A stretch of 60,207 nucleotides of DNA, counting the filler, from Diploschistes diacapsis (lineage: Eukaryota): NCBI GenBank assembly GCA_023645945.1. It is 8 parts of 8 records of this genome, joined end to end, with 100 filler letters (N's around TTAATTAATTAA, not from the genome) between each part and the next. Parts side by side here need not be neighbours in the genome. Positions count along the whole stretch, not along the records: positions 45,312 to 52,717 come from JALAIB010001289.1; positions 52,818 to 60,207 come from JALAIB010001290.1; 6 more parts are not named here. One strand, given 5' to 3'. The notes under the pieces were generated by a model, which was not told the DNA's origin, made no database searches, and saw nothing but the letters and a program-made list of their open reading frames with translations. This document shows positions 50,594 through 60,207 of this stretch, in pieces. Every line of letters starts with the position of its first letter. The first letter of the stretch is position 1. A program made the position numbers and the translations under genes.

Positions 50594-51574
50594 GGGAGGA
50601 TGAAGGTTGAGGGTTAAGAAGGGACAGTGAGAGAGAGGATGAAATAACCCCTCATTGAAGACTGGGGATGTCGATGAAAGGCCTCCATTGCTTGTGTGCA
50701 GAGGTGCAGGCTCAATTCCTTATCCATCATCAAGCAACTCTTACACTGCGGCTCAGATATTCGGAAAAACTTGATTGGGATATCGCTCATGAGTATCTGT
50801 TGAGTCGTGGTGTGGGGAAAGCGATGCAGACAAAGGGGGAATCCTGCTACAACATACAACATATCAATCAGCGGATCGGAGCACCCTATTGAGAAATGAT
50901 CACCATGAATGCGACCGGATTCTATGGTTCTGTTATGGAGTCTGTGTTGTTGCCGTCGTCGCCATTGGTACCTAAGCACCTTTTTATTAACGGTCTCAGT
51001 AATATGAAACATGTAACCTAAGCATGCAGCACAGCCAGCGCACGTGCGCGTGTACCAATACTCGCCGTATGTATAACTAACAGCTGTGGAACCAACACCG
51101 ACCCTGTTGAAGAGTCCAGTGCTCAAAACTGCTTTCAATTATCATGGACGCCGAGCAATCTTCCAATGAGCCTCACAGAATCATGATTCTGTTGGGGCGC
51201 AACCAAAGACGACTGCATATCGCATAAGGTTGACCATGGGACTTTTAAGACACAGACAGATTTGCACTTCTCTCTAAAGACGAAACATTGTTACGTCCGG
51301 TGGTGTCTGCACGCTGATGCACCAAGTGATCATCGTCTCGGACTGCATGTTCAACAATAGGCTTGGTACTCCGATACTGTAGCTTTTGATGGCCTCACCA
51401 TCTTCTTCTATATGTAGGGCAAATCAGCTGCTGTTTCGATTCTCCTCTCTCATGTCCCTGGAAGACTCAACTATTCTATCTTTCGTTTAGCTCTCGCCTC
51501 TGGTAGGTGGGCAATCCGTTCTTTCCCGTCAAACCTCTCTTTCTCAGTCTTACCGCTACCGCGTCGCTGCAACG

Positions 51575-52354
51575 ATGCTCTACCTACATCTCGCGCTCAT
51601 TGCCATTATTGGCACTGCAGCTTGCCTGCCACAGAACTCTGGCGGATATACAAGGCGACATGAAAATCCAGATCTTTACCGCCGCTACGAGCCCGAAGTA
51701 CTCGAAGCTCTGGCCCTTGAGGAGAGGGCATTCGATGACGATGCGTTCCTCTTCGAACGCTCAGACGATAAGTACCTCGATCTTGGATTTCTATACCGGA
51801 GAGTAGACCCGCCGAAAACACGACCGCCACCCGTTCCTCCCAAACCAGCCCATCTCCAGGCTCCCAAGGCAGGCACACCGAGCCCACCAGAACCTCCTTC
51901 GGGCGGCACGGACTGGACGAAGAAGGTCCAAAAGGACGCCAAGGAGGATGGGCGTCGGTACAAGATTATCCCGGGAGTCAGCAAGAATAAGGACAAGGAC
52001 AAGGGAAAGCAGGGCCCCAAGAAGCCGCTTTCTCAGCTGGAGAAGCTCGCCGCGGGCTCGGCGAAGAAGGTGACCGGCTACACCAGGGAGACCTCCGAAA
52101 TCGCCGACGAAAAGAACCGCTTGGCCGGAATTAAGAATCGGAAGGAGGAAGAGATCAACAAGGCGATCGCCAACCAGATCAACGACTACAACAACCGCAT
52201 GAAGTTCTTCAATACGGGCAAGGACGTGGTGCAGACGGCCTCGGCGGTTGGAATCGCTTCGCATGCGGTGGGATTAATTCGCCGGGAAATGATGAGGCGG
52301 AGCGCGGCGTATGCCATGCACCTTGATCTCGACCTGGACGACCTCTACTACTAG
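51575..52354 (+). CDS. Orphan secreted precursor with multiple Kex2-type sites
   Basis: Intronless 259 aa; signal peptide MLYLHLALIAIIGTAAC; YTRR, LYRR, LEER, LFER, LYRR; K/P-rich core; IRR and MRR before an acidic tail. Confidence 0.75.
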   Translation: MLYLHLALIAIIGTAACLPQNSGGYTRRHENPDLYRRYEPEVLEALALEERAFDDDAFLFERSDDKYLDLGFLYRRVDPPKTRPPPVPPKPAHLQAPKAGTPSPPEPPSGGTDWTKKVQKDAKEDGRRYKIIPGVSKNKDKDKGKQGPKKPLSQLEKLAAGSAKKVTGYTRETSEIADEKNRLAGIKNRKEEEINKAIANQINDYNNRMKFFNTGKDVVQTASAVGIASHAVGLIRREMMRRSAAYAMHLDLDLDDLYY

Positions 52355-53570
52355 AGCGCCACGACGGATTCTGCAGCGCAGGTCACGAATCGACGCAATC
52401 GCCGCGGGTTTCTCAATCGTTGAAAAACTGTTGCTGGACCGGTGGGGCAGGGGGATACAGCATCATATGTATATATATATACGTCTTTACAAATCCACGT
52501 AACTATGTTATCGAACAATCGTTGTCCGAAAAACAGGGTGCGCAATGCATGCCGTCGCGTTGCTCGAACCGTCCCCCCTTCCCCCCCTGTAGTGTATTTC
52601 TTTTTCTCGTTGTGCAATCAAACGGTATGTGGTATGCAGCGTGTACGGTGGTGGTTGTGTGGGGTGCAAGAAACAACACATACAAAAAACTCAACATACA
52701 TTGTTAGCAGCCCCTCCNNNNNNNNNNNNNNNNNNNNNNNNNNNNNNNNNNNNNNNNNNNNTTAATTAATTAANNNNNNNNNNNNNNNNNNNNNNNNNNN
52801 NNNNNNNNNNNNNNNNNACGGGAAGGAAGAGGATGGAGAGGAGGGAGGGCATTATGGTGACCGTAGTGGTGATGATTGGTGAGTTTGAGGAAGCGTTAGG
52901 GAAATTGAAGCTGAGGAAATGAGTAGCTAGGTTGCTTGAGCTTAGGTGAAGATGTGAAAGATGCTTTTTGAGTATGGTGTAAAGGCGCGTAGGGATGATG
53001 CAGACGGGGTTTGGAAATCTAAGGTGGGCCTGTCTTCATTATATACAGCGAAACTGGGCTGCAATAAGGAAGCAGCATTGGTTGCAGTAGCTATTTTGGT
53101 CAGTATTTATATCTGCGATCGGAAATTACGGGGTTAAGGGGGGGCCCAAAGCACTGGGCAGTTTTCTCAGACCGAAGGAGCTGAACCCTGCAGCCTCGTC
53201 GTATCCTTCTGGGCTCGCTACAAGTCGAGTTTCTGGAATGCATTGGTGATGACTGTATTCTCCATCGTTCATTTTCACTCACTCCTTGCTAGCAAAAGCT
53301 GCGTGGGCAGATCAGGCCATAGTAATAAGGAATTAGTAATTAGTAATTATACATCCTTCTTGCACCCTCTCTCTATCCCAAGTTCTGGTCTATAGTACCC
53401 CAACAATTTCTTATGCCTGTTCATATCACTTGCCTAACGTGCATAACCTTCAACCTCAACTTTCCTTCGATGCATTATCTCTGTAATTATCTGTGAAATC
53501 AACCATGTGCCCTGCGAGCTAATGCCATCTCCTACTGTCCAACCCGACATGCATCAGTATGCTTTAAGCT

Positions 53571-54562
53571 TTATAACTGACACCTATCTGGGCGCCTTGA
53601 GATTCCTAACTCCATGTTCGCGGCCGGTGGGTTGGGAATATGCTTTGATCGCATGTTCCTACCTCCACAACCCGTATGCAAGAGTTTATAAGTCTTTTCC
53701 CTTTTTTTCGACTGATTGGGCAGCAACGTCCGGTAGGTGGGCAAGGTGCAGACTATGACAGCAACGGCAGGCTCCACGACAGTCAAGATATTCGGCAACT
53801 GGTACAGCACCGCCGACATCGATGAGGGGTCTCTTAAGAGTTGGACGCCATAGACAGTTCGGATAATGTCGAACAAGACGTTGATTATCGTGATGGCAAA
53901 AATGGCGACAAGTGAGAGCCTTTGCTGGCTGCTCAATTTCAGTTTGAACAGGACACTGAGAGGAAGAGCCATAATGAGCAAGTATCCGAAGACGTTGAGC
54001 GCCATCCACCACCAAAGGTCATTGGCTTCTCTCCGATTAAGACTTGGGTCACTGCAGGCCACGAAGTTGGCGACTTCGGAGGGACCACCGCAGACCCACA
54101 ACTGCCCCAAGAATAGAGCAAAAAACGTTATCACTGTGTACACAGTGACAATCCACCATGCCACACGGAACACTCTGCTTGTCATGAAAATCTTTCGGTA
54201 GGTTGCAAGAAAGGAAGCTTTGACTAATAGAGGGACTGTCCACCATATCAGATTATAAACAAGCGTAAGTATTGTAGAGACCGTTAATTCGTTTGCGGTA
54301 GTTGCAACTGAATAAACCGACAATAGAACCTGCTGGACAACTCCATAGCTCAGAAGAAACAGGAGGGCTGTTCCGTTCAAGACGTCGTCGCAGTTCAGCT
54401 TCCTTTGGGTCCATCGAATCAGAAGACGACCGAAAACCAAGATCGTGGCCGCACCATACAAAGTCCACATATAGATCTATTGAACGTCAGCTCACGATTG
54501 ACATGGTAGTCAGCAGTCAGTGAAGGACCTACCTCCTGCACTTGGTCGGCCGTGATCTCCAT
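53571..54562 (-). CDS. PTH11-like rhodopsin-domain integral membrane protein (no CFEM)
   Basis: MEITADQVQE|IYMW (intron 54532-54477); GRLLIR..DD, VKASFL..Y, W.C..P..C, LIMALP...LFKL, SLVAIFAI, IIR, VVEPAVAVIVCTLP. 3' end uncertain. Confidence 0.82.
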
Positions 54563-55606
54563 GTTGGCTTGATTTGTGGTCTGTCACTGTTGCTGGTATG
54601 ATATGAAGATCGGTCGGGGAAGTATAGTTCTCTGGACTTTGGTTGATTGATTGATAAAGTAGTGAGAGTTTGTCAGAACTGTTGAGTTGTTCCGGCCTAC
54701 CTCATTTGAAAACTTCAGTCCGACCCATGTTCGTTTAACAGGTCTGCTACTGGAACCAGATGTCCAGCTTCTGTAAGTTTCCGAGGTTCCTGTTGCAAAC
54801 TCCAACGCCATGGGATGGAGGGCTTGAATCAAACATAAACAATGTCTGGAGAGGAACACTTGGACGAGATATTTGTTTAATGTAGCGGGTTCATATTGAC
54901 TGAGAGTCGAGTCTATCCTTATTCATGCTTTTGTGTTACTAACGCAAACTTTTGATCAAAGCAATCCTCCAAGAATGGGCCAACTAAGATCACATTTTCT
55001 AACAGCAAATGCTTGGGAATTAATATAAGTCAAGCATATGACGTGAACTCCCAATCAAATCTTAACTAAAGAACGGGTATGCGGAGGCTGATGATAACCA
55101 TAAGAAATATATATTGGAACGTATCAGCATGATACTCAAACCACAACCCTGAGATTAGGGTACTGGAATACTCCGAGTCTACCTTTTTACCACGTTCTGC
55201 CACGACAATGGAGCAATAATTGCTGTCTGGATGCTATGGCCGCGTGGGTCATTTCACCTAGAAATGTACTAATCATGGAATGCACAGAAGTAAACCCAGC
55301 ATCAATCATATCTAAAGCAGCATCGGCGGCAACTACTGGTCTATAGGGCCTTTGCATTTTTAACCCAGTCTGGAGTTAAAGGCAAACATTATTTAGAATA
55401 AGGAAGTATTTTCCCGTTCACTGAGAGTTAAGAGTCCGATTTGAAATTTTCAGTACAAATTGAACGCAGCAAAAGAACAGGCCACGACCAGATTCACTAT
55501 TTATACCTGCACCTCTCTACTCCAGGTTTCGGTTGTCTACCTTTCTACTTCTGTAGCCTGCCTGCTTCTTTGCTGTCAGACTGTCAAGCCTCTTCTGAGT
55601 TCCAAG

Positions 55607-58058
55607 ATGCTATCTAGTCATCCATTACTCCCTACGGAGCAGCAACTACTTGAATACAGAGCCGTGACACAGATTCTACAACTTTTCGACCGCGCTGAAG
55701 CGCGGAGTGATTCCGAGTTTCATGGAATAAACATGCAGAAGGACATAGCGAGACTAGCAACGAAACGCAGACACGATGTTGCAACGTTTCGGATACTAAC
55801 AGCGCTAGTCAACGTGTTAGTGAGAGGCGTCGAGATTATCGCCATAATTCCATCCAGAGGCGCAGAGTTGACGATACAGCTTGAGCCAGAGTCCGATGTA
55901 CTAGGGGTTTTCCAGACTGAAGATGTCGTTATCACTAAAAATCCGGATCGAGCTGAGACAGCGGCGGTGGAGGCTACTGGAGTCGAGAGCTTGACGATCC
56001 GTTCAGACCCTTCTCGATTCCGCCTTAACGTCAATAAGGTTTTTCTACAGTCAACAGACCTACCGCTACTAGAGAGAGACTTCGATGTACCAATTTGGGT
56101 ACAAGACCCGAGACGCTGGATGAATATTCAGCGGGCACGGCGAGGGAAAAGAATTCCCGGGAAAAGGATACATTTTTCCGAGCATTTAAAAATCGTCCTA
56201 GCCATGCTGAGCCAATTCCATAGAAGCAGCAACGAGACGGAACGAAATTTCCTATGGCACAGGGCTCAGCAATATGTTTGTACTGAAGACGTATTCAAGA
56301 TGCAACGGCGTCTGAATAACGGGAAGGCAACAGTCACTCGGGCAAAGAAGCTACCAGGAAAGGGCAAGGCCAAAGATCAACCTCCCGTTGTGGAAGGGAA
56401 GAATTTGTACGATTTCATTGTTGCCGGACCACTGCCATCTCACGCTCCAATCTCTCGCAGTGCACTGAACGCCATCCCATTGAGCAAGCAAGCGCGCCAA
56501 TGCCTAGAAGAACTTCGATGTTTGGAGTCTGAGCCCGAAGAGCCTCTGTACTGGTTCGATGAAGCAGGACGACGTCGTCTCGGAGTCGCTTTGGGAACAG
56601 CTTTGCTACAGATCGAACGGTCTGTCGACCACGCCTGCCAAGCCTCGAAGCAGCTAGAAGCTGCGATAGCGCCCAGCTACAATGATCGATGGGAAGCCAA
56701 TCTCGATCTAGCCAACATCACGCAGCAAGCAGCGAAAGATGTGATAGATAGTCTTGCTGCGCTTGACGCCCTGCTCGATGCCTACCGTTTCGAGGATCCT
56801 ATGCTGGGATCCCATGATCTTGTTGAACGATACTTTAGATGGGTCGCGGATTGCTACGATATCGAAACTTCTTTGGCAGCGGTGTGCCGGCCAATTGAAG
56901 CGGCAGAGCCATCTGCAGAAGGAGCACCTGTGGAAGAAGATGAAAACGATGAGGCAGATGACGAGCTCAGCACATCGTCAGCAGAGGAGCAGCACCTCCC
57001 TCCACAAGAGCGGTGGGCCAAAACGGCACGAAGATATCTGGATACAGTTCTTCTTCAATGGAAAAGTCTCCAAACGCTATTCTATCCCGGCGACAGACTC
57101 GGGGTTCACATGCAACATTTTCTCAAAAACTTCAAGGTCAATCTAATCGAGGCCAAATGTAGAGAAGAAGATACAAGGAGTTCTAATCTACTGGCAACCA
57201 TCCTGAGTCATCCTCATGCCACCCAGCGGACGAATGCAAAAGCCGTTTTGCTCGACTGGTTAAAACACTTAGGGATATCAAACGAGTTCCTCAATCCCAG
57301 GCCCTTCGGGGGTACATATCATTGTGAAGCTCTTCTGCTTAGCCTCCATCTTTTTAAGCAGACGTGCGAATCAGATATCAGTTTGATGAAGTTCCTAGAG
57401 ACCAATGATCACCAGATAAGCGTCGATTTCCTAAAGAGCCTTGGCGACCTCAGCGCTGCGATCGCAGTCTCAAAGAAGTGCTGCCCTTCATGTGGGTCAT
57501 TGGTGGAAGCAGTTAATCAGACGCGGGCTTTGGAGCGTGAGAAAACCAGCAGCAAGGGACTCAGCAAAGCGGATATCTTGCGGAAGTACTCCTCCTTTAT
57601 TTACGCGGGCACACACAGCAACTGGTCGGCGGTGGCCCTACCGAGTTTCCTTCCCAAACCATACTTCGACTTTGCGCTCCAAAAGGCGAGAGAGGCACTG
57701 GGCGATTACTTGGGATGTTATTCTTCAAGATATCCCTGTTGAAAACAAGCGCAAGAAGCAGCGTTCGAGCGGCAGCGGAGAAACGGATCCAACCATATCG
57801 ACCCCAGCCAAATCGCGCCTCAGGTCAAGCGCGACGACCATGACCCCGACTGTGGTAGCGGGTCGTCAGCAGCGCCGGCTGGAGACCTTGGAGGAGGAAG
57901 AGGAGCAGAAGGACGCAGGAGCAGAGGGGCCACCAAGCCCAACGAAGAGAGCAGCGCAAAAGATCAGAGAGACGGTATCGACCTTATTCCGTCGACGGGG
58001 ATCAGAGCAAGAGGGCGAGTCGTCGAATCAGGATCAGCCTTCAAAGACTGGCCACTAG
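55607..58058 (+). CDS. OTT_1508-like Zn-dependent nucleic-acid deaminase; apparent 1-nt frameshift near 57712
   Basis: N-terminal LTALVNVLVRGVEIIAII; GTYHCE (57320-57328); IAVSKKCCPSC (to 57493); GTHSNWSAVALP. Frame 1 stops at 57742, and an overlapping frame continues to 58058. Confidence 0.8.
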
Positions 58059-58334
58059 CCTCTGATGTGAAACTTAATCGATTTGGAAAACACTTTAGGG
58101 CTGCACGTAGATCGAGTTTAGATATCACTGTGAAAGGATAGAAAGTGGGTTGAGAAGGGTTTTGGGAAAGTGGCCGTATTTACCTATCCTTACTGATAAT
58201 TTCACCTATGTTTATTAATATCGAAGCTCCAAGGCATGAAGCTTCGTATTCGGTAAAAACATCATTTTATAAGCATAAATCATTGTCAGAATGCCCTTTG
58301 CTACTACTACACAATGTCTTCCATCGAGGACAGA

Positions 58335-59794
58335 CTAGCTTTCCCGCCCATAGGCCTCTGCTAGCTTCTTCCGCAAATGCTCCGCCGCTGTAATTGGCCT
58401 CCGCGTCCCCTCCGCCGTCCTTGACGGAATTTGCGGACTGGGTACACCTACCAACTCTACTTCCCTCGCCGGATGGCAGAAATACACTACACTATACCTA
58501 TCTCCACTCCCGGCGCTTGGCATCACGACCCTGTGCTTTGTGCTCTTGAGGTACCCATTTGTCCAGTAGCTCAACATATCGCCAATGTTCACCACTATCG
58601 GGGGCATTTCGTCTGAATCTGTGCCAGGAGGAAACACTGAGACGGGCATCCAGGAAGAGTCCGGCGTTTGTACCTCGAGCCCAGGCTGGCCCGGACACTG
58701 AAAGAGCAAGGTCAAGGAGCCGTAGTCTGTGTGTGCGCCACAACGGATTTCGTCCTCAGCAATATCGGTGGTGGCGTCATCCCCATTTAGATCCGGAGGA
58801 GTAGGGTACTGGAGCGTTGTGAGTCCCCTGTGGAACATGGCAGTTAGGGTGAAGCACATAAAGTAACCTCAGGATACTCCCCGTTGATCCGTTCGCTTGT
58901 GCGTGGCGTGAGGAGAACCAATCTTCACCACCTTCGTTTTTTGGAATCTACCTCTTAAGATTAGCCCCATAACCATCCATTAACCGTTGCTGTTCGCTTT
59001 TTCGAGCATGATTCGTACCTCGAGAGCCACCGCTATCATCTTTAATACTCTGAGACACACCTCTCTGCAGTTTTCGGCAAAGAGACCTAGCTCAAGCGCA
59101 TGTCTCTCCAAAGATGGTGGGAGAGGCTGCTGTGGGAGATTATCTTTAAACTCGCCTATGTTCAGGGCTCTTCAAGCTTCAAAATTAGCTCTGTGCGAGA
59201 AGATGGAGGAGAACGAAGGGAGAGACAAAAGAGAAATGGGAGAGGACTCTTTGAAGTCGGCTTGCTGATGCAATTCATATCAGCAGGTGCAGGCGAAAAA
59301 GGGTATCAGAGCTAATTGGGAGATTCTGCTGGGAAGGACGGAGTAGGTACCTTATGATTAGAGGTATCAAGCGTTTCGTTGTATGGCGCTGACCAGCCCA
59401 TGTTCTGCTCAAACCAGCTTAGCCGTGGTCATCAACCATCCCATGACAGTGCTTCTAATGTTCTTATTACTTTGTCGAGAACATACATCTGGCCCGATTT
59501 TGATGCTTCCTTTTTCTTCTTCTGATAAATTGAAAAACCCCCGTGACTGAAAATGGCATTAAACTCGAGTATACCTAAGGGGGACGTCATTCTAGTGATA
59601 CTCACGAGCTCGAAAATCCCATGAACAGCACTCGGCGACACACATAGCCCCTTGTCGAAGCGGATGTACAGGAACCCCCACTCTGAAGCTGCCTGAAGAA
59701 GCTCTTTGCATCTCGCAGGGGTTGGGGAGGAGATATCGAAAAGGGGGAGACGCAAGAGACCACTGGTTATCTTTGCTGTACTTGTTGAGGCCAT
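58335..59794 (-). CDS. 2-oxoglutarate/Fe(II) dioxygenase (IPNS/DIOX_N type)
   Basis: LPLFDIS..LLQAASEWGFLY; multi-intron; RCGAHTDYGSLTLLFQ (HxD), VNIGDMLSYWTNG, STKHRVV, RYSVVYFCHP (RxS). Confidence 0.9.
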
Positions 59795-60059
59795 GTCTAC
59801 ATGCACAATAATACTGAAGCTTACGTGGTCTATCCATGTTGATGAGCTATTTCTCGTGCCGGATGTGGAATCCAAAGTACAGGATTCGATAGCCACTGGA
59901 TATATATGTTTTCACTCGTAAGTGGACAATGGTGACAAGCAGGGGCACACCGACTTTGATAGGTATGTGCTATTCTGCCTACTGTAAAATTGTGTAACAT
60001 ATTTAGTGGCGCCCTAGTGATACATTCTGCCTAGCTCGCTATGGCTCTGCCAGGTATCT

Positions 60060-60207
60060 AGATTTCTATATAATTTATATACAAATATATATCACTTATA
60101 GAAATACGTAGAACTATATAAAATTAAATATAAAAAAAATACAATTTCATCATTATCGTGCCTATAATGACTTATAAAATAAGCTATATAGCCATAAAGA
60201 CTATATA
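60060..60207. other. Start of an AT/TpA-rich block, probably RIP-decayed repeat DNA
   Basis: Abrupt change to near-pure A/T with abundant TA dinucleotides at the contig end, like 13930-15035. Confidence 0.5.

Noticed and set aside
53571..59794. PTH11-like, deaminase and 2OG dioxygenase as a co-functional cluster
   Set aside because: Truly adjacent, but there is no backbone enzyme, shared motif or synteny evidence in the sequence; all three families are common in accessory regions.

Overview
Filamentous ascomycete (Pezizomycotina-type introns with GT..RCTRAC..YAG signals) nuclear DNA. The window is not one locus. It is eight contigs of strictly decreasing length (7470, 7465, 7463, 7459, 7433, 7421, 7406, 7390 bp) joined by artificial 100-nt N/TTAATTAATTAA linkers, so adjacency across the gaps means nothing. 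Housekeeping-type genes: a PRX5-type peroxiredoxin, aconitase, NIF3, H2A.Z, MAK5, TRM140-like, Pro1/NosA-type TF, YVC1-like TRP channel, PGA2-like, aquaglyceroporin, THR4 (GC-AG intron), SFH5, RRP14/SURF6 and RSA3-like. An intron-containing U3 snoRNA lies outside the ORF track. Accessory content: an OTT_1508-like HxE/CxxC deaminase with an apparent 1-nt frameshift, a PD-(D/E)XK nuclease-fold protein with a Q-rich repeat tail, a Kex2-type secreted precursor of a cationic peptide, a GtaA-like protein with an altered conserved motif, a P450 pseudogene, and a RIP-like decayed Fot1/pogo element with a cognate MITE. The most striking pattern the annotation does not explain is about a dozen GC-rich islands that always run C-rich then G-rich on the top strand, whatever the gene orientation. 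All family assignments come from motif recognition by eye, not from database searches.
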